Source of the DNA: Raillietiella orientalis
Lineage: Eukaryota
Direction: 5' to 3'
Assembly: GCA_036172245.1 (NCBI GenBank)
Contig: JAYWIR010000009.1
Span: 3,596,001 to 3,660,000 of the forward strand
Length of the DNA stretch: 64,000 bases
How positions within the stretch are numbered: the stretch's first letter is position 1; each line of letters opens with the position of its first letter. Below are positions 11,606 through 24,325 of this stretch, piece after piece. Position numbers and translations under genes: made by a program. Below the pieces are notes generated by a model. That model did no database searches. It was not told where the DNA came from and saw nothing but the letters and a program-made list of their open reading frames with translations.

Positions 11606-13060
11606 TGTGCTTCCGAGAATGCCCGCACGAGACGCCGTCCACTCGTGCTGGCAGCAACCACTCAGTGCTGCCAACTTGCGCCGCCACGAGACTGCAGTGC
11701 CGCTCCCAGCTTCTCAACCCATTCATTCCCTGCCTGTTCTTCCGGACAGCCATTCAGCAACTCCACCCTCCCTGCTTCACTGAAGGTCTTGCATCGGGGA
11801 CTTGCACAGCCCTCTCTGGGACGGGGCACCTCTTCGTCCTTTTCCCTCTCCACCTGCAGTGCAAGAGATGCCCCGTCCCAGAGAGGGATGCGCAAGTCCC
11901 CGATGCGAGAGGTAAGCGCACGTTGGCCTCAGGCAACGCCAATGAAACCAGCATTGCTGAACCCTCACGGACACCTCGTCACTCAAGGGAAACCTGAGGT
12001 CATGGGCTCGGATGATGGGTGTTTGGTGGGCGTAGACTTCCTGCCTCATCGATCCTGCTGCATCCTGCTCGAAGCGCTCCCGGCACGCCAGGAAACCACG
12101 CCCCGTGATGAGGCGAGGGGAAGGAATCGCTTCCCGCTCTGCGCTGATGAAAGGTGACCAACGATCGTGATGAATTCCGTCACTCTGCCACCGGGCTGCG
12201 AACCCACGATGGCGACTGAGGCCGCATCAGTACGGACGTAGCAGGACCACCAAAGATGCAGGCACCAATCCGAAGGCGAGAAAGACCAGAGGCCTTTCTG
12301 GACTCCGGTCATAATTAAGCGAGGAGGAGGCGACTACGCGGAGGAATCAGAACGAGTGCAGCTGCAGCTGCAGGTGCAAACCGGGATGGGCAATACCCGG
12401 GCATCTGAGCCGAATCATCCTCGTTGCGTGGGAATGCTGAATCCTTTTCAGAAGAAAGTCTCGCCTTCTCCCCTTCCCGAAAGGGTGACCACTGCCGCAG
12501 ACTCTTTTGCTACGAAGACACGGGGATCCGTTCCATTAGGAGACGCAGGAATCGGAGAACACGAGCTCCACGAGGTCTCCAGGCTTCCGCCGTTCTCTTG
12601 CGTTTTCCGCACAGCGGGGTGAGTGGGGATCATCAGTGGATCGCCCTGGTGCCTAGGGCACGGAAGCCGAACCGGGAAAGCGAGGACAAGGCCTCATTCA
12701 GCTCGCTTCCAAAGAGACAAGACAATGTGAGGCTCTCTTGAACGCCTCAGGGAGTGACATCCTCGGACGGCTCTTGCGTGAAGGTTCCTGGAGCGGTGGG
12801 ACGAACGCCCTCGCACAAGCGAAATCGTTCGGAAGTGTCTCTGGGTGTCGCGGGGAGCGCATTCTAGGCAGGTGGTCCCTGAAACCCCTTGCGAAGGTGC
12901 TGCCACGCTGCGATGGTGGCGACGCCTGGCTTGCAGCTTCAGCAGCGATTCATCGTAATTGGCAAGCTTTCAGAGAAGACTTCGCCCCCACCCCCCTCCC
13001 TTGCACTCCCCACCCCAGCCAAGGGCAGCTGTGCTTCTCTCTTCGGAAAAGCGAGGATGA
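11606..13060 (+). mobile_element. Decayed L1/Tx1-like ORF2 C-terminal fragments
   Basis: 11610-11700 is similar to 59990-60120 and 63385-63510. WDGAPLRPF..VQEM (~11818) resembles WDNGTLPLQWQETA in the 53-kb copy, and QLQVQ (~12365) resembles IELQVQFRM in the 44-kb copy. May be two elements. Confidence 0.45.
11791..11906. repeat. Inverted repeat, 44-bp arms with a 28-nt spacer
   Basis: 11791-11834 versus the reverse complement of 11863-11906: 3 mismatches in 44 bp. Confidence 0.9.
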
Positions 13061-13869
13061 AGCACCAGGTCACGTGGTCGTTTCACCGCGCCCCCAACTT
13101 TTACGAGACGTAGTCTTCGCGAGTCGCCCACTTACGCCACGGAAGGGAGTGTAGTCTAAGTGCTGCCGGTAGTCTCGCTGGTCGCAGGGAGAAGTGGCGC
13201 CGCCGCTTCCAGGTCGACTTGCGTGAACGAAAATTCCGGAACTCGCACGCGCGCACTCCTGGCTTTTTCCCTTCGCGTTCCCAGCTGCTCCGGCTCCACA
13301 GACCTTTCCTCTCCCCACTCCCGCGCCATCCTGGAGAAGCGCAGTGCGGGACGGAAGAAACCTGAGTATGGAGCCGTCATCGTCCGCCCTTCTGCTGGCT
13401 GCGGGTTGACGGACCCGCAGCCAGCGGAAGGGTACTGCTTCGGAAGAGGTCAGGTCACGAAACGCAGAGTCCTTCCCGGCGTAGCGGAAACGCACGTGCT
13501 CCTGAGCGGTGCGCCCAAGTGTGACCCTACCTTCCCTTCCCGAGGGAGATTTCCGGCAACCCACGGTTCGTGGACTGCTACCTGATCACGTGGCCGCGAG
13601 GCGCGTCGGCAACGCGCGGCGCCCTCCCTGATCCTGGAGCATCCCGTGGAAAAGCGCGAGCAGGAACCAGCGACGCCGGGCGGTTCCTGCTCGCGGGGAA
13701 GGGGAGCCGGGAGAGCGGGGAGACGTCCACGCCCAATCCGGGGTTTGAGTGGATCGCGGGAAAAGGAGCGGCATTCGTGCGCAGGAGTGCCCCCTCTCTG
13801 CCGGAGCCTCCTCGCGCCCCCGGCATGCGGCACCTCGCTTTTTCCGTCGGCCGCAAAGACGCCTCAAAG

Positions 13870-13919
13870 GATGTTACCCCATTCCACCCCCAGAGGTGGG
13901 GGTGGAATGGGGTAACATC
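13870..13919. repeat. Perfect 23-bp inverted repeat with a 4-nt loop
   Basis: GATGTTACCCCATTCCACCCCCA-gagg-TGGGGGTGGAATGGGGTAACATC. Confidence 0.95.
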
Positions 13920-15092
13920 GTGGCGTGGCACCCGGGACTCCAGTATGTCTGAATCCCCGCTTGCCCCGGAAGCCTCGGTTCTCCGATGCACCAGGGGAGC
14001 GAAACCAGGTCTAAGGCTCTCAACGGGCAGCTTCCACCCTCTTGGAGTCATCGCTTCGGAACTCGAGGCACGTGGAAAGTACGGAAGGGAGTCGCCCACA
14101 TGAGATTAAGGAAGACGTGACCGATGCATCAGAGGAAGCTTGGGAAGTGCAAGTAAGAAAAAGGAGGGAGAGAGGGCGAAAGAAAAAGGGGGGGGGGGAG
14201 AAGAAATATCTGCTGTTGCCGGCCGGGACTCCAGATGTGGATTCCTGAGGAGACTCAGCACTCGCACCTGACGTCCATTCTCCCTGCGAAGGAACGATCG
14301 GTACCAAAAAGGAAAAGCCCCTCTTGTTTTCCTGACGATTAGCTCGCTACGGCGATCTTTCGGGATTCGTCCGCGGCGACACTTGGGCCCCGGGAACAGC
14401 TGCGGGAAAGAGCAGGGGAGGAGGGGCGTCTTCCGACCGGCGCCTCCGACTGCAGCCGCCGCCAGCGGAAGTGAAGTCGGCGGCCATCATTTTCGAGCAG
14501 GCGGCGTTCGGCAGCGCTGCCTCCTGGGAGAGACAGGTGCGCGCTCCCTTCCATCCATTGGGAGAACCCTCAGTCCTCCAGACGGCCGTCGTTCCTAGAG
14601 GGAGGGACCGAAACGCGAGAAGTGACCGCTCCGTCGTCTCCTCCAGTTGAGCGCTTCCCAGAGACTCTCTTGGGCGCCAGATGGCTTTCCAGAAACAGTC
14701 CGAGGTGATCCCTTCCTGGGGAAAGCGGAATCTCTCACTTTCCTGCCCTCCCCTTTTCTCCCCAGGGACCTATCTCCGGAAGTGGGCCTCGGAACCGCGC
14801 CGTTAAAGGATCGGGGTGGAAGAAGGGAAGCAGACAGAGAAGAATCTCTCCGACCGGTGCGGTCGTTGGAGTCCGTTGCGGTCCGTGGGAGGGAGGTGCT
14901 CCCTCCCACGCAGGAAGCAGAGCATTGGCTGTTGAGTGGGCCGGGCCGATTCCGCTGCCTGGCTCGAGCCGTCTCGATGCTGCCCACCTTCGTGTCGATG
15001 GGAGACGGCGGTTCTTGCCAGCAACAGCTACCTTTGACAATCGGAAGTGCTTGGAATTAGAACAGTTTGCTTCCTACTCTTTCTACTCGCAC

Positions 15093-15290
15093 CGTTTCTT
15101 TCCTCCTCCTCTTCCTCTTCCCTTCCTCCTCCTCCTTTTCCTCTTCTTCCTCTTCTTCCTCCGCCTCTTCTTTTTCCTCCTCCTCATTTTCCTCCTCTTC
15201 CACTTCTTCCTTATTTCCACCTTCATTTTCCTTTTTAACTTCCTCCTTTTCCTCTTCATTCTCCTCTTTCTTCCTTCACCTCCCTTTCAT
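15093..15290. repeat. Polypyrimidine (TCC/TTC)n low-complexity tract
   Basis: About 200 bp of almost pure C/T triplet-like repeats. Confidence 0.9.
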
Positions 15291-17309
15291 CCTCGAGGAT
15301 GCGACGAGGCGTCCTTCCGCTCGCTGCTGAGATCGAGGAGCGGCGGCAGTGGCGCTCCAAATGCGCGTTCGGAATCTACAAAGAGGGAGCGATTTCCCAG
15401 GACTCGCTGCTCCTTCCTCCGCGAAGCGGCGGCGCGGCTCCTATCGGAAATGGGGAAAGTGACGCCGCGCGAGGAGGTTCCAAGAACCTCTTGCTCAATT
15501 CGCCGTAACTGAGGCATCCTTTTGTTTCCACGGTGATTGGCACTACGTCCCTCCGCCGCTCGGGGAAACGAGTGCAATGATTTCCGGACCGCATTTTAAA
15601 TCGGTACGTCAGTCGTGCCTTCGGACGAAAAGCGATCCTTCGTTCCAGGAAGGGATTACAGGGGGGAGGTTGCCGCTCGAAAGAAAATCGGACTTCTTCC
15701 TTCCTTCCTTTCCTTCCCATTCCAGGATGAAGAGGAGATTCCCACAGTTCGACGCAGAGCGAAACAGCGGCGGGCTCGTCTCGCAGCAGACGAGCTGGAA
15801 AATCCCGTGACGCAAGGACGACGGCGCAGCGTCGCCAATTCTCGTCGGAGGAGGAGGAAATCACGCGCGAGCGGGATCCGCGCCGTGTGGAGGCGGCTCC
15901 AGAGACAGGACGGCGGCGGTGGCTGCTCCGCCGGTCCTTCGCGCGAGCACCTTGCGGATCCGAACGCGGGGCGGTTCCGGAAGCGCCGTGAAGGCGCCCT
16001 CCAGCGCTGCGGACGGCTCTGGGTCCGCGGCGGGCACGCCTTCCACTCCACTCAACCGCCCCGCGTGCCTCAGAGAGTTCCCTCCCCAGCCATGGAGCAG
16101 CTTCCTCAAAAGGAACGACGCTCGGAAGAGCCGTTTCGCGGGACAGTTGGTCTTTCTCTGTTACTCCAGAATTTTTTCTTTGAGTTCCCTTCTTTTGCCT
16201 TTCTCCCTGCTCATCGCTGGGAGGAACCACAAGGAAGGTCTTGAGGCGCCCCACCTGCGGGCTCTTCGAGGGGCAGTGCTCGTTCAGTTGGGTGCAGCGA
16301 TTTCCCGGAGAATCCCTCTGGAAATGGGTGTGGCCCGCCTGATTCGTGCGAAGGAAATGCGGAAGGAACCTTCAGGCTGGAGATGCAAAGCCACGCGATC
16401 GACTGGCACACATCGACGTCCCTGGTATTTTAGTCACTCCTGGCTCACACTTCTAGAGGAAGATGCTGCATTCTCCGAACACGGGCAGTTCAGCTTCTCC
16501 AGTCTCCGTACTCCAAGGTCTTTCCTGTTCCCACTGATATCCTCCTGTGAGTCGGCGTTGGTTTCTGGAGCTTCACCAAGAAGAAATCTCCAACATTTTA
16601 GACACCAATCATCTCTTTCCGTTCTTCTACGTCAGGACCACGCTCTTCCAGAACTGCCTCTACATCCTTGCCTTGGATAACAGATGCCATGCCACCTGGA
16701 TTCCTCCATGCCGCTTCCTGTTGCCGAGACAGTAGATTGCTTTCCCTTCCTTCGTCCGATGGCCTCATCTGGACAGTGGAGCCGGACGCCCCCAGTGGGA
16801 TCTCCCCGGCTACTCCTTGCGCTGAACTGCGCCTCGAGTTTGCTGGGATGGTCATTGGAAGTCCCCATTAGAGCGAAGGCTTCTCCACCTGGACCTGCCA
16901 GTTTGCTCCCTTAAGGAGGGCAGCACCGCGTCCCAAGAGGTTCCTGGACAGTCCCATCCTCCCTCTCAAGTGACGGGGAGGGCACGCTCACGAGCATCGA
17001 TGATCGCGGGGGTCTGGTGACTGTAGTGATGTGTGCAATCCGCAACACACGGTCATCGCCAGCGCCGGCAGCGCTCCCCAGGATGCCGAGCGCCCTCACA
17101 GGTGTCGGAGGGGAATCAGAGGATGGGCACCACGCGGACAAGCAGAAAGGCAACCTCTCTGATGGTGGCCGGAAACTCCACCCACGCTCGTCGCTTCCCT
17201 ACGTTCGTTTCTTTCCTTCCTCCGCGACAAAAATCTCCCAAGAGGCGGGTGGATCACCCGCGCCGTTCGCGCCCCGCTGCGTGTCCTACCACTCTAGCTC
17301 CAACAAGTA

Positions 17310-18362
17310 GCTGCACAGTGTCTGCACTGATCAGGGGGAACACCTGGACCTTTTGCCGCTCCAGGAACAGTCGCGTCTGGTTGCAGGAAACGGTTCGCAC
17401 GTGGTTGAAGACCAACGAGCCGAGCGCGGAGTCACGGCAGTGATTCCTTGTACAACGGCTGCTCGCTCCAGGGGACTTTCGCGCATCCCACCCGCGTGGA
17501 CAGAAAGAACCTCCCTGGGCGCGGCGCTGCCCTCCTTGAGGGAGCACATGGGAAGCTTCAGGTTGAGGACGCTAGGTGGTCGGACCACGGGCTAGCTGCA
17601 GACGCTGCGACACCAAGTGCCCTACCTAAAGGACTTTTGCTCTGGGGTGAGCGGCTGGCAATTCTTCGGGAAGATCTCATGTGACTCACAGTGTTCTTAA
17701 ACAGTTGCACCCTCTCTCTCAAGTTAAGCAGGAATCGGCGTTTCTGCTGCTGCACCGGAGCCTCCTATGCAGACACTGCATGGGACCCGGATGGGGGGGA
17801 TCCAAACTGCGGCAGGTGAGGGAACGCGAATCCCTCGTGCACCTGCTCGTGGGCTGCTCGTTGCCCTGCTATCGTTTCGGGGACGCTTTACAGCGACGAC
17901 CCTCCTGACCTCACGCGGCAACCCTGGGGACGCACGGAAACTCTGTCTTCGTGAGCGACTCATTGCTGCCAGCCGCGTCCCTTCCAGCTCTTTGCTGCCC
18001 TACGCGGGCGGCCTAGAGCGACGTCAGAGGAGGAAGCTGTGCTAGGAACGCCATCCACTTCGCCCTACGTTTTCTTGTGGAGGACGACGAGACGACCCTA
18101 CCTGAAGAAAACAGGAGAAGAACTTGCCGGCATCCTGGAGAGGATGCAGAGGACGACCCCCAGCAGGCTGTGATCCCTTCCCGCGCCCTCAAAATTCATT
18201 TTATTGATACTTATATTTTGTTTTGTTCCGTGCCTTCCCCTCTGCTGTCGAGGCGATCCTCCCCGGTCTGCGCATCGGGTTTTCGGCACTGTACGGTCAG
18301 TGGTCCCACACACCCTTTGTACCGTTCATTTCAATAAATGCGTAGGCGAACCCGAGTGAAAA
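17310..18362 (+). mobile_element. 5'-truncated L1/Tx1-like LINE (post-RT region, zinc finger, 3' UTR)
   Basis: ALIRGNTWTFC..VWLQETVRTW matches ALVRGNPWISC..TWLQESVSSW at 53.4 kb, and ERESLVHLLVGC is a zf-RVT-like motif. Ends with a degenerate AATAAA-hairpin terminus at 18333-18362. Confidence 0.75.
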
Positions 18363-21242
18363 TCCACCGCAAGAGAACCTACGGTCGTAGGATCCTGAGA
18401 ATAAACAAGAGGTTCTTGTCGAAAGCGCGGAAGAGAGCACAGAACAGCCACCATAGGCAGCGTCCGTCGAGAGAAGGCTCAGGCGCCAGCAAGGGTTAAG
18501 ATAGGCTGCTACCCATTTTAAGAACTCCAGCTGGGAGCGCCGACCAGGATACGTTTCCCACGAGCAGAAAACGGGATGAGCACATTCCGCGTTCCATGTA
18601 GATTCGAAGGGACTCGCATGGAACCCCAAATTACTGCGGTGGATAGCTTGGTGGCTTCCACGCAGAGTGCGTGTCGTGTAGATGACCTCGCAACCGAGGT
18701 ACGCTGATGGCCACGTGCCGAACCGAATCAACGTAATAGGGAAGAGTTCCGTGCGACATGTGTGCGAAAGATGCAGTGTTTGTTCACTCGGCGTGGGTGC
18801 TAATGAATTTTTTTTTTTTTAAAAAAAAAAAAGAGGGTAGGGGGTGGAATGGACTTGGCATGGGAAGATGCAATCCCTTCCCTTCCTAGAAAAAATATTT
18901 TGGTAGGAATGTCCTTCGCAGAGCATCTCTCCTTCGCTTCGTGTGTACGACAATTTTACAATCGCAGATACTTTACCAAACCAAAAGCAGAAGTGGAACA
19001 AAAGACAGAATTCAAATGCTGGCAGAATGGTGACCCTAATCCTCATGGATTCATCTCTTCATGCAGAAAGAAAAAGAAAATGACAGCCGTTCATGTAGAG
19101 CGTTTGTTATTTATGTGTGCAACGGCGGAAAACATACATTGTCTGGATATCTGGCTCTCCACACGAGTAGCAATCTGCAACCCGAAGCTCATATTGAATC
19201 GCGAATGACTGCAGACATTTTGGTTCCATTTTCCTTCTGCCTTCCTTTAGAAAAACGATGGTTCTTCCTTTAGAAAAACGACCATAATTATCTCCCGAAA
19301 TGGTGACAGAGATTTCTGCAGCCAAGTTTCCCTCTTATCGAAGATCTTGCATCTCTTTCCAAATTAATTTTCAGCTCCATAATGCACCCTGATCTTTTTC
19401 CTAAGGTGTTTTTCCCTTACGGGAACGTAAAGCGAGGCAGCGATTTACCTTCAGCTCTTCGATCATGGGCTTCCGGTCACGGGGGGGGGGAGAAGGAGGG
19501 AAAAAGAAAATGCGTTTCTGCCAACGATTTCTCCTGCAAGAAACAAATACTCCACGAGAAGCATTACTCTTCTTTTAGACGTGGACGAAGGCTCCTGAAC
19601 TGCTTTTTCCTGGATCCCAGTTCTTCCATTTCTCGATTCCCTCTTTTCCTCGGATGTGGCACAGCAAATTTTCAAGTTGAGCATCCACAATCTTTAAGAA
19701 GTCATGATTCTAACCAACGGTTTCTCATCCCTCCCTGCTGTACGAAATTAAGCAAATTTAGCAACGTCACTGGCAATCCTGCTTGCTCTTCCTCGTCCTT
19801 TCCTGGAAAGAAACGCTTTCCCGCTGCGAGTGACCGGGCTCTTAGTGTCTCATTTCCTGCCGGATAAATAATTTTATTTCGTACAACGGTTGCGTGTGGA
19901 CGTGAAGGGTCGTATTTTAGTTTGATATTAGGCGGTTAGAACTGCCGTTGCTACGCGCAACGCGCCCGAAACTCGAATTTCACACTTGGGAGGGCGAAAC
20001 CACGCTCCTTCTTGACGTCCACTTCGAGTTTCAAGGTCATTCGTATCCATCCTGGTCATCTTTGGGTTTTGAGCTGCACACTGCACCACGTTTTCAGATC
20101 AGTTGCCTTCAGGCAGCAGCAAGGGAGTGTCTGCACGGCTCTTTGAGCAACTTTTTAAAGCAACTCGACAGCCTGCCGTCCCAAAGATCCTGCAGTGGAC
20201 ATCTTCGACTTCTGACACCGGTTCAAAGCGGTGCCACTTCCCGATCTTACAAGAACTTTCCCCATGAAACCGCAGTAAAATACCTATAGTGAACACGGAG
20301 GAGTACTGCACTCTGGGATTTGTTCTGGCGCATTTTTTTTGTGGTTTTCCTGAAGGTTAGTGCGAGTTCTTGATTTTTCCAAGAGGAATATAAAAACATG
20401 AACTGTCTCTAAAGATCTCACTGATTTCGTTCTTTCAAAGATGGCGACCCTTGGCACCTCTCTGAGCCAACGAAGGCTGTCACGAAGCCCTGCTTGAGTC
20501 GCTCTGATTCGACTCGTCAGCTGCCGACTGGAAACCAAATTCATCACGGACGGAGTTCTGCTTCTTTGACGATGCTGATGGGAAGCTGACCCCACCCGCC
20601 CGTCCCGCCTTAACTCCGCCTGTGTTGAGCGATACGTTGGCCAAGGTGAACCAGAGAGCTGCAACGTCTCAGTCGATCCTTTCAGAATGAGAGAGGAATG
20701 GCCGGATGAAAAGATCCCATCAAGAGAAGATGCGGAGCAGAGAGCAGCAAGAATCGAAAATCGATAGCAGATTGGGGATGCCAAACGCGCATTCTTAGTC
20801 CGCACCACAATCCCCTGGGCAACTCTCGTATTGCTACTTTGTTTGTCCAACCTTTCTTCTTTGGTTGTTATGACATCAGATGAAAGTTCTCCTTGCGCTT
20901 GGTTCTTTCGCTTACAAATAACCACGATTGCAATTCTTTCCCGTTTTCAGTACCACGAGGCAAAACGGAAATTCTTTTCCTCATAAAGCGCTAACAGCTA
21001 CGCATCCTTCCTTGGAATCTTCGAGCGGGACCACTCGCTGATGTTCAACGATCCCGTGTTCCTGCCTTTCCAATCTGGCTTGAGAGCTATCTTGATTTCA
21101 GACCGCGGAAGTGTCCCATAACTCACTGCGCTCCTCTTGCACGGTTAGTTTGATAGGTTCATGCATTTCTTTTTCATTCTCTGATGACTGATCTATCCGT
21201 GCTTTGTTCCCTCTTCGTGGCTGCTTCCTTGCAGCCTGTTCC

Positions 21243-21720
21243 TCAGCAACACTCGCAAGGTTCCCTCCAAACTGCTCTGAGTGCACTGTCGGTCCTTTGC
21301 GTGGTTTCGCATCCAGCGGAAAGAGGAAAGAAGAATTCATGGAGGATGGTGGTATCTCCCTGGACACCTCTCCCTCCACCTTTCCCTCTCCCTCTCTTGA
21401 CGACCATCGTACAGCAGCGCTGCACTCTTTGACCCTTACGGTCGTAGCCCTCATGCAGAGAAAACAGCGCCAAAAACCATATGGCTTGCGAGTTGTTTTG
21501 TGCTTGTGCCCACGTGCTGACGTCTTTGCGTCTCAAGATCGATCGATCTCGTGCTGCCGAAAGCTCTGAAAAGATGCATTTAGTGTTTTTTTTTTTTTTT
21601 CTTCCTTTTTCATCAGAGTTGTTTATCTGCCCAGCAATCTGGTGATTTCTGTTGCAAATCATGAGGTTCTTTTCGATCCCAGGATAATAAACAGTTCAGT
21701 TCCTTTTTCATTTATATTTT
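21243..21720 (-). pseudogene. Possible decayed MADF(-BESS) DNA-binding domain remnant
   Basis: Frameshifted SWDRKEPHD/CNRNHQIAGQI...AIWFLALFSL resembles the MADF LWD...N...W..I and W....L.FL motifs. LHEFFFPLSAG resembles the BESS F..SL motif. By eye only. Confidence 0.3.
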
Positions 21721-22939
21721 CTTATGATCGAGTCACTTGGTCTTCCGTTTTGAAGCAAATGACCTTAAGATCCTCTTAGATTAACAGGGTCCTTGCGCTT
21801 TCTTTACTTTATGGCCCATTCCTATTCCTGATGACCCTGAGAATTCTTTCTCAGAAATGTCTTTGTTGAGCACACAAAAAAAAGACTGTGTTCATTTTAA
21901 GAGATTTTATCTTGCTCCTCAAGCTGAAACTGGTTGGTCCCCTTGTGACGTGCTCTCGGGATATCGTTTTCCATCGATCTTCGAGTGCCGCCTTTGCAAA
22001 TCCGCTTCCACCGACACCATCTGTTCCGTCGTGCACAGTTTGACACTTTCGAAAATTCCATCCGCTATTTGTCTTTTCCTCATCCGAAATCATTCTTCAA
22101 ATTCCTGTGGAAACCATCCTTGGCCCCCAAGCACTTGAAAACGAAACTTTACTTGAACTGTATCAAGCAGGGATGAGTGTTACTCTTCCATGCACCTCTC
22201 GCTTGCATTGGACACGTATGGAGATCAGAGAGGATGCGACACCATCCTGTTTTGACACCCCGGATGAAAAGAAGTAGGCTTTGCCGCCTGAACATTGCTG
22301 CCTTCCAAGAAGCAATGCCATGGAAAGGCTGACCGCATTCTGTCAAAGGCACCCGTTGCTATGGAAACTATCTGCACGGCACATCTTTTGATATGCTGTT
22401 GCTAACAAGCCTTGTGTTACTTCCCTGAGACTCATGCTAGCTGCAGATCTACTGCTACCCAGAAGCTCGAAGTGCAGGAAGGGTTCTAGAAGTGTACTGC
22501 ATCGCTGTCTGAACCTCACTGTACCACAACCACAGCGAGCTTCGAAGACCTGACCCTTCCTTCTACGACTTCAGAATCAACCCTCGGGACGAAATTCATA
22601 TGCAATGATGTCCCTTTCGAAGCATTCCTGAGCGATGCAGATGAAGTCAGCCGCATTCCTGTTTCGTCGTGACCTGTCCGGCTGGACAGGAGTTCACTTA
22701 ACAGTCTTTCCATCTGCTTTCTTATGCCTCTCCTGCAGGCTTCTTGGTTTCATCTTCATTTTCAAAACATGGTTCTTCAAGAACAGCGTTTTCGCTGTCG
22801 TTATTCCGATGGGTCGAAAGGAATTTTTGGACTAGGGAAAGGATGTCCTTGAAACATCTCTGACGAGGGCACGTTGGAAATGACTATACTGAGTTGGTCA
22901 TTTCTAAGTTCACCTCCTCCAAGTCTTGCGAACTTTCTC

Positions 22940-23735
22940 GGCTTCTTGGTGATTTCAGGTGCCTGAGCCGTTCTTTGAGAAACTGTAAGTCGGCCATCCA
23001 CCAGTTCCTCTGACTAATAACTGGACGTTTAGGGGAAAACATCAGGGTTCCGTTCGAGAATTTTCGATTTTTTCTCATCTCTGTTTATTGCTGTAAATCT
23101 TTGAAATTGGAGTCCCACATCCAAAACAGCTGAGGCATTGTTGGTCATCTGTTGGTCATGCCTTCCGGATCACTGGAATTCGCTTAGTTCTAGGTGGTTC
23201 CTCTGTGAGTGGATCCGTGAGGAACACGGAAGCCAATCTCTTGTTTCCTAGATCACCACCCTACTTAGCTTGTGATCAGCTCTCACTGCACATTCAGACA
23301 CCATGGCGTCTTCGAAACACAGGAGCACCGTATAGAGATGAAATCTCGTTCCAAGGCGGAATTCGAAGCATCTCACCAACCCTTGCAGACCACGTTCCGC
23401 TTCTGCACTACTTTCAGGCAATATTGCTCTCCCAGTCGAACCCATCGAAACTTTTACGAGGCGCTACCGCCCCCGATGAAGATTTTGTGTTTTCACCGTT
23501 ACGTGACAGAGCGATTTCTGGGCACTCTTCTGTGCACACGAGCCACTGGGGTAAATTCCGGAAATGCAACTGGTTCGAGAGCACTCTTCTTTCGATTCTC
23601 CGTTCTCATCGAGGCTGCTCACGTTTCCGTGAGCAGACTTCTCAACATGAACGCGATCGAAACGCTGCCCTTGTATTCCAAGTACATAAAAAGTCAAGGA
23701 TCACTCCATTCCTGAAGAAAATTGGCCATAGCAGT
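22940..23735 (-). pseudogene. Possible decayed MADF DNA-binding domain remnant(s)
   Basis: KRPVISQRNWWMADLQFLKERL (~22965-23030) resembles the MADF C-terminal W...L.FL motif. ENRKKSALEPVA upstream resembles N.K..AW..IA. Confidence 0.3.
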
Positions 23736-24027
23736 GCCCTATAAACAGTTCCTGAATGCAGCAGTGACGTCAACACTGAAAAGAGGACGGTCCGTAGCGA
23801 GGGAACACGTGGTCGTAAAAATAAACTGCAACTTTTAAACAGAAATCGGATTCCCCGTAATCAAAAGTTCATGTTCTCAACGCTAAGTTCAGGTGCTGCT
23901 CCACGAGAGCAGCGCTCGTGTTCTGTGGACGACGACAGCGCCGACTGCTTCGAAAAATCGGTGGAAATTTCGCCATCCGTCATTAAACGATGACGCATTT
24001 ACAATCCGCTCTCCGGAGGTGCGGTTT

Positions 24028-24325
24028 CGCGGCGCCACGTCGGAATTCGCGATCAGCATGGCGCCCAACAATGCAATCTAAAAATACACGGAGAGCGACC
24101 CTTCAAACAGTCCTGTCTCGAGAGCGGGCCCGCGGCGCCACGTCGGAATTCGCGATCAGCATGGCGCCCAACAATGCAATCTAAAAATACACGGAGAGCG
24201 ACCCTTCAAACAGTCCTGTCTCGAGAGCGGGCCCGCGGCGCCACGTCGGAATTCGCGATCAGCATGGCGCCCAACAATGCAATCTAAAAATACACGGAGA
24301 GCGACCCTTCAAACAGTCCTGTCTC
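24028..24325. repeat. Perfect tandem repeat, 103-bp unit x 2.9
   Basis: Unit starts CGCGGCGCCACGTCGGAATTC at 24028, 24131 and 24234. Copies are identical and have no spacers. Confidence 0.95.

Noticed and set aside
14925..15512. Hydrophobic Phe/Leu-rich ORF resembling a membrane protein
   Set aside because: It is the translation of the polypyrimidine low-complexity tract.
24028..24325. Possible CRISPR array
   Set aside because: The units are contiguous identical 103-mers with no unique spacers, there are no cas genes, and the context is eukaryotic.
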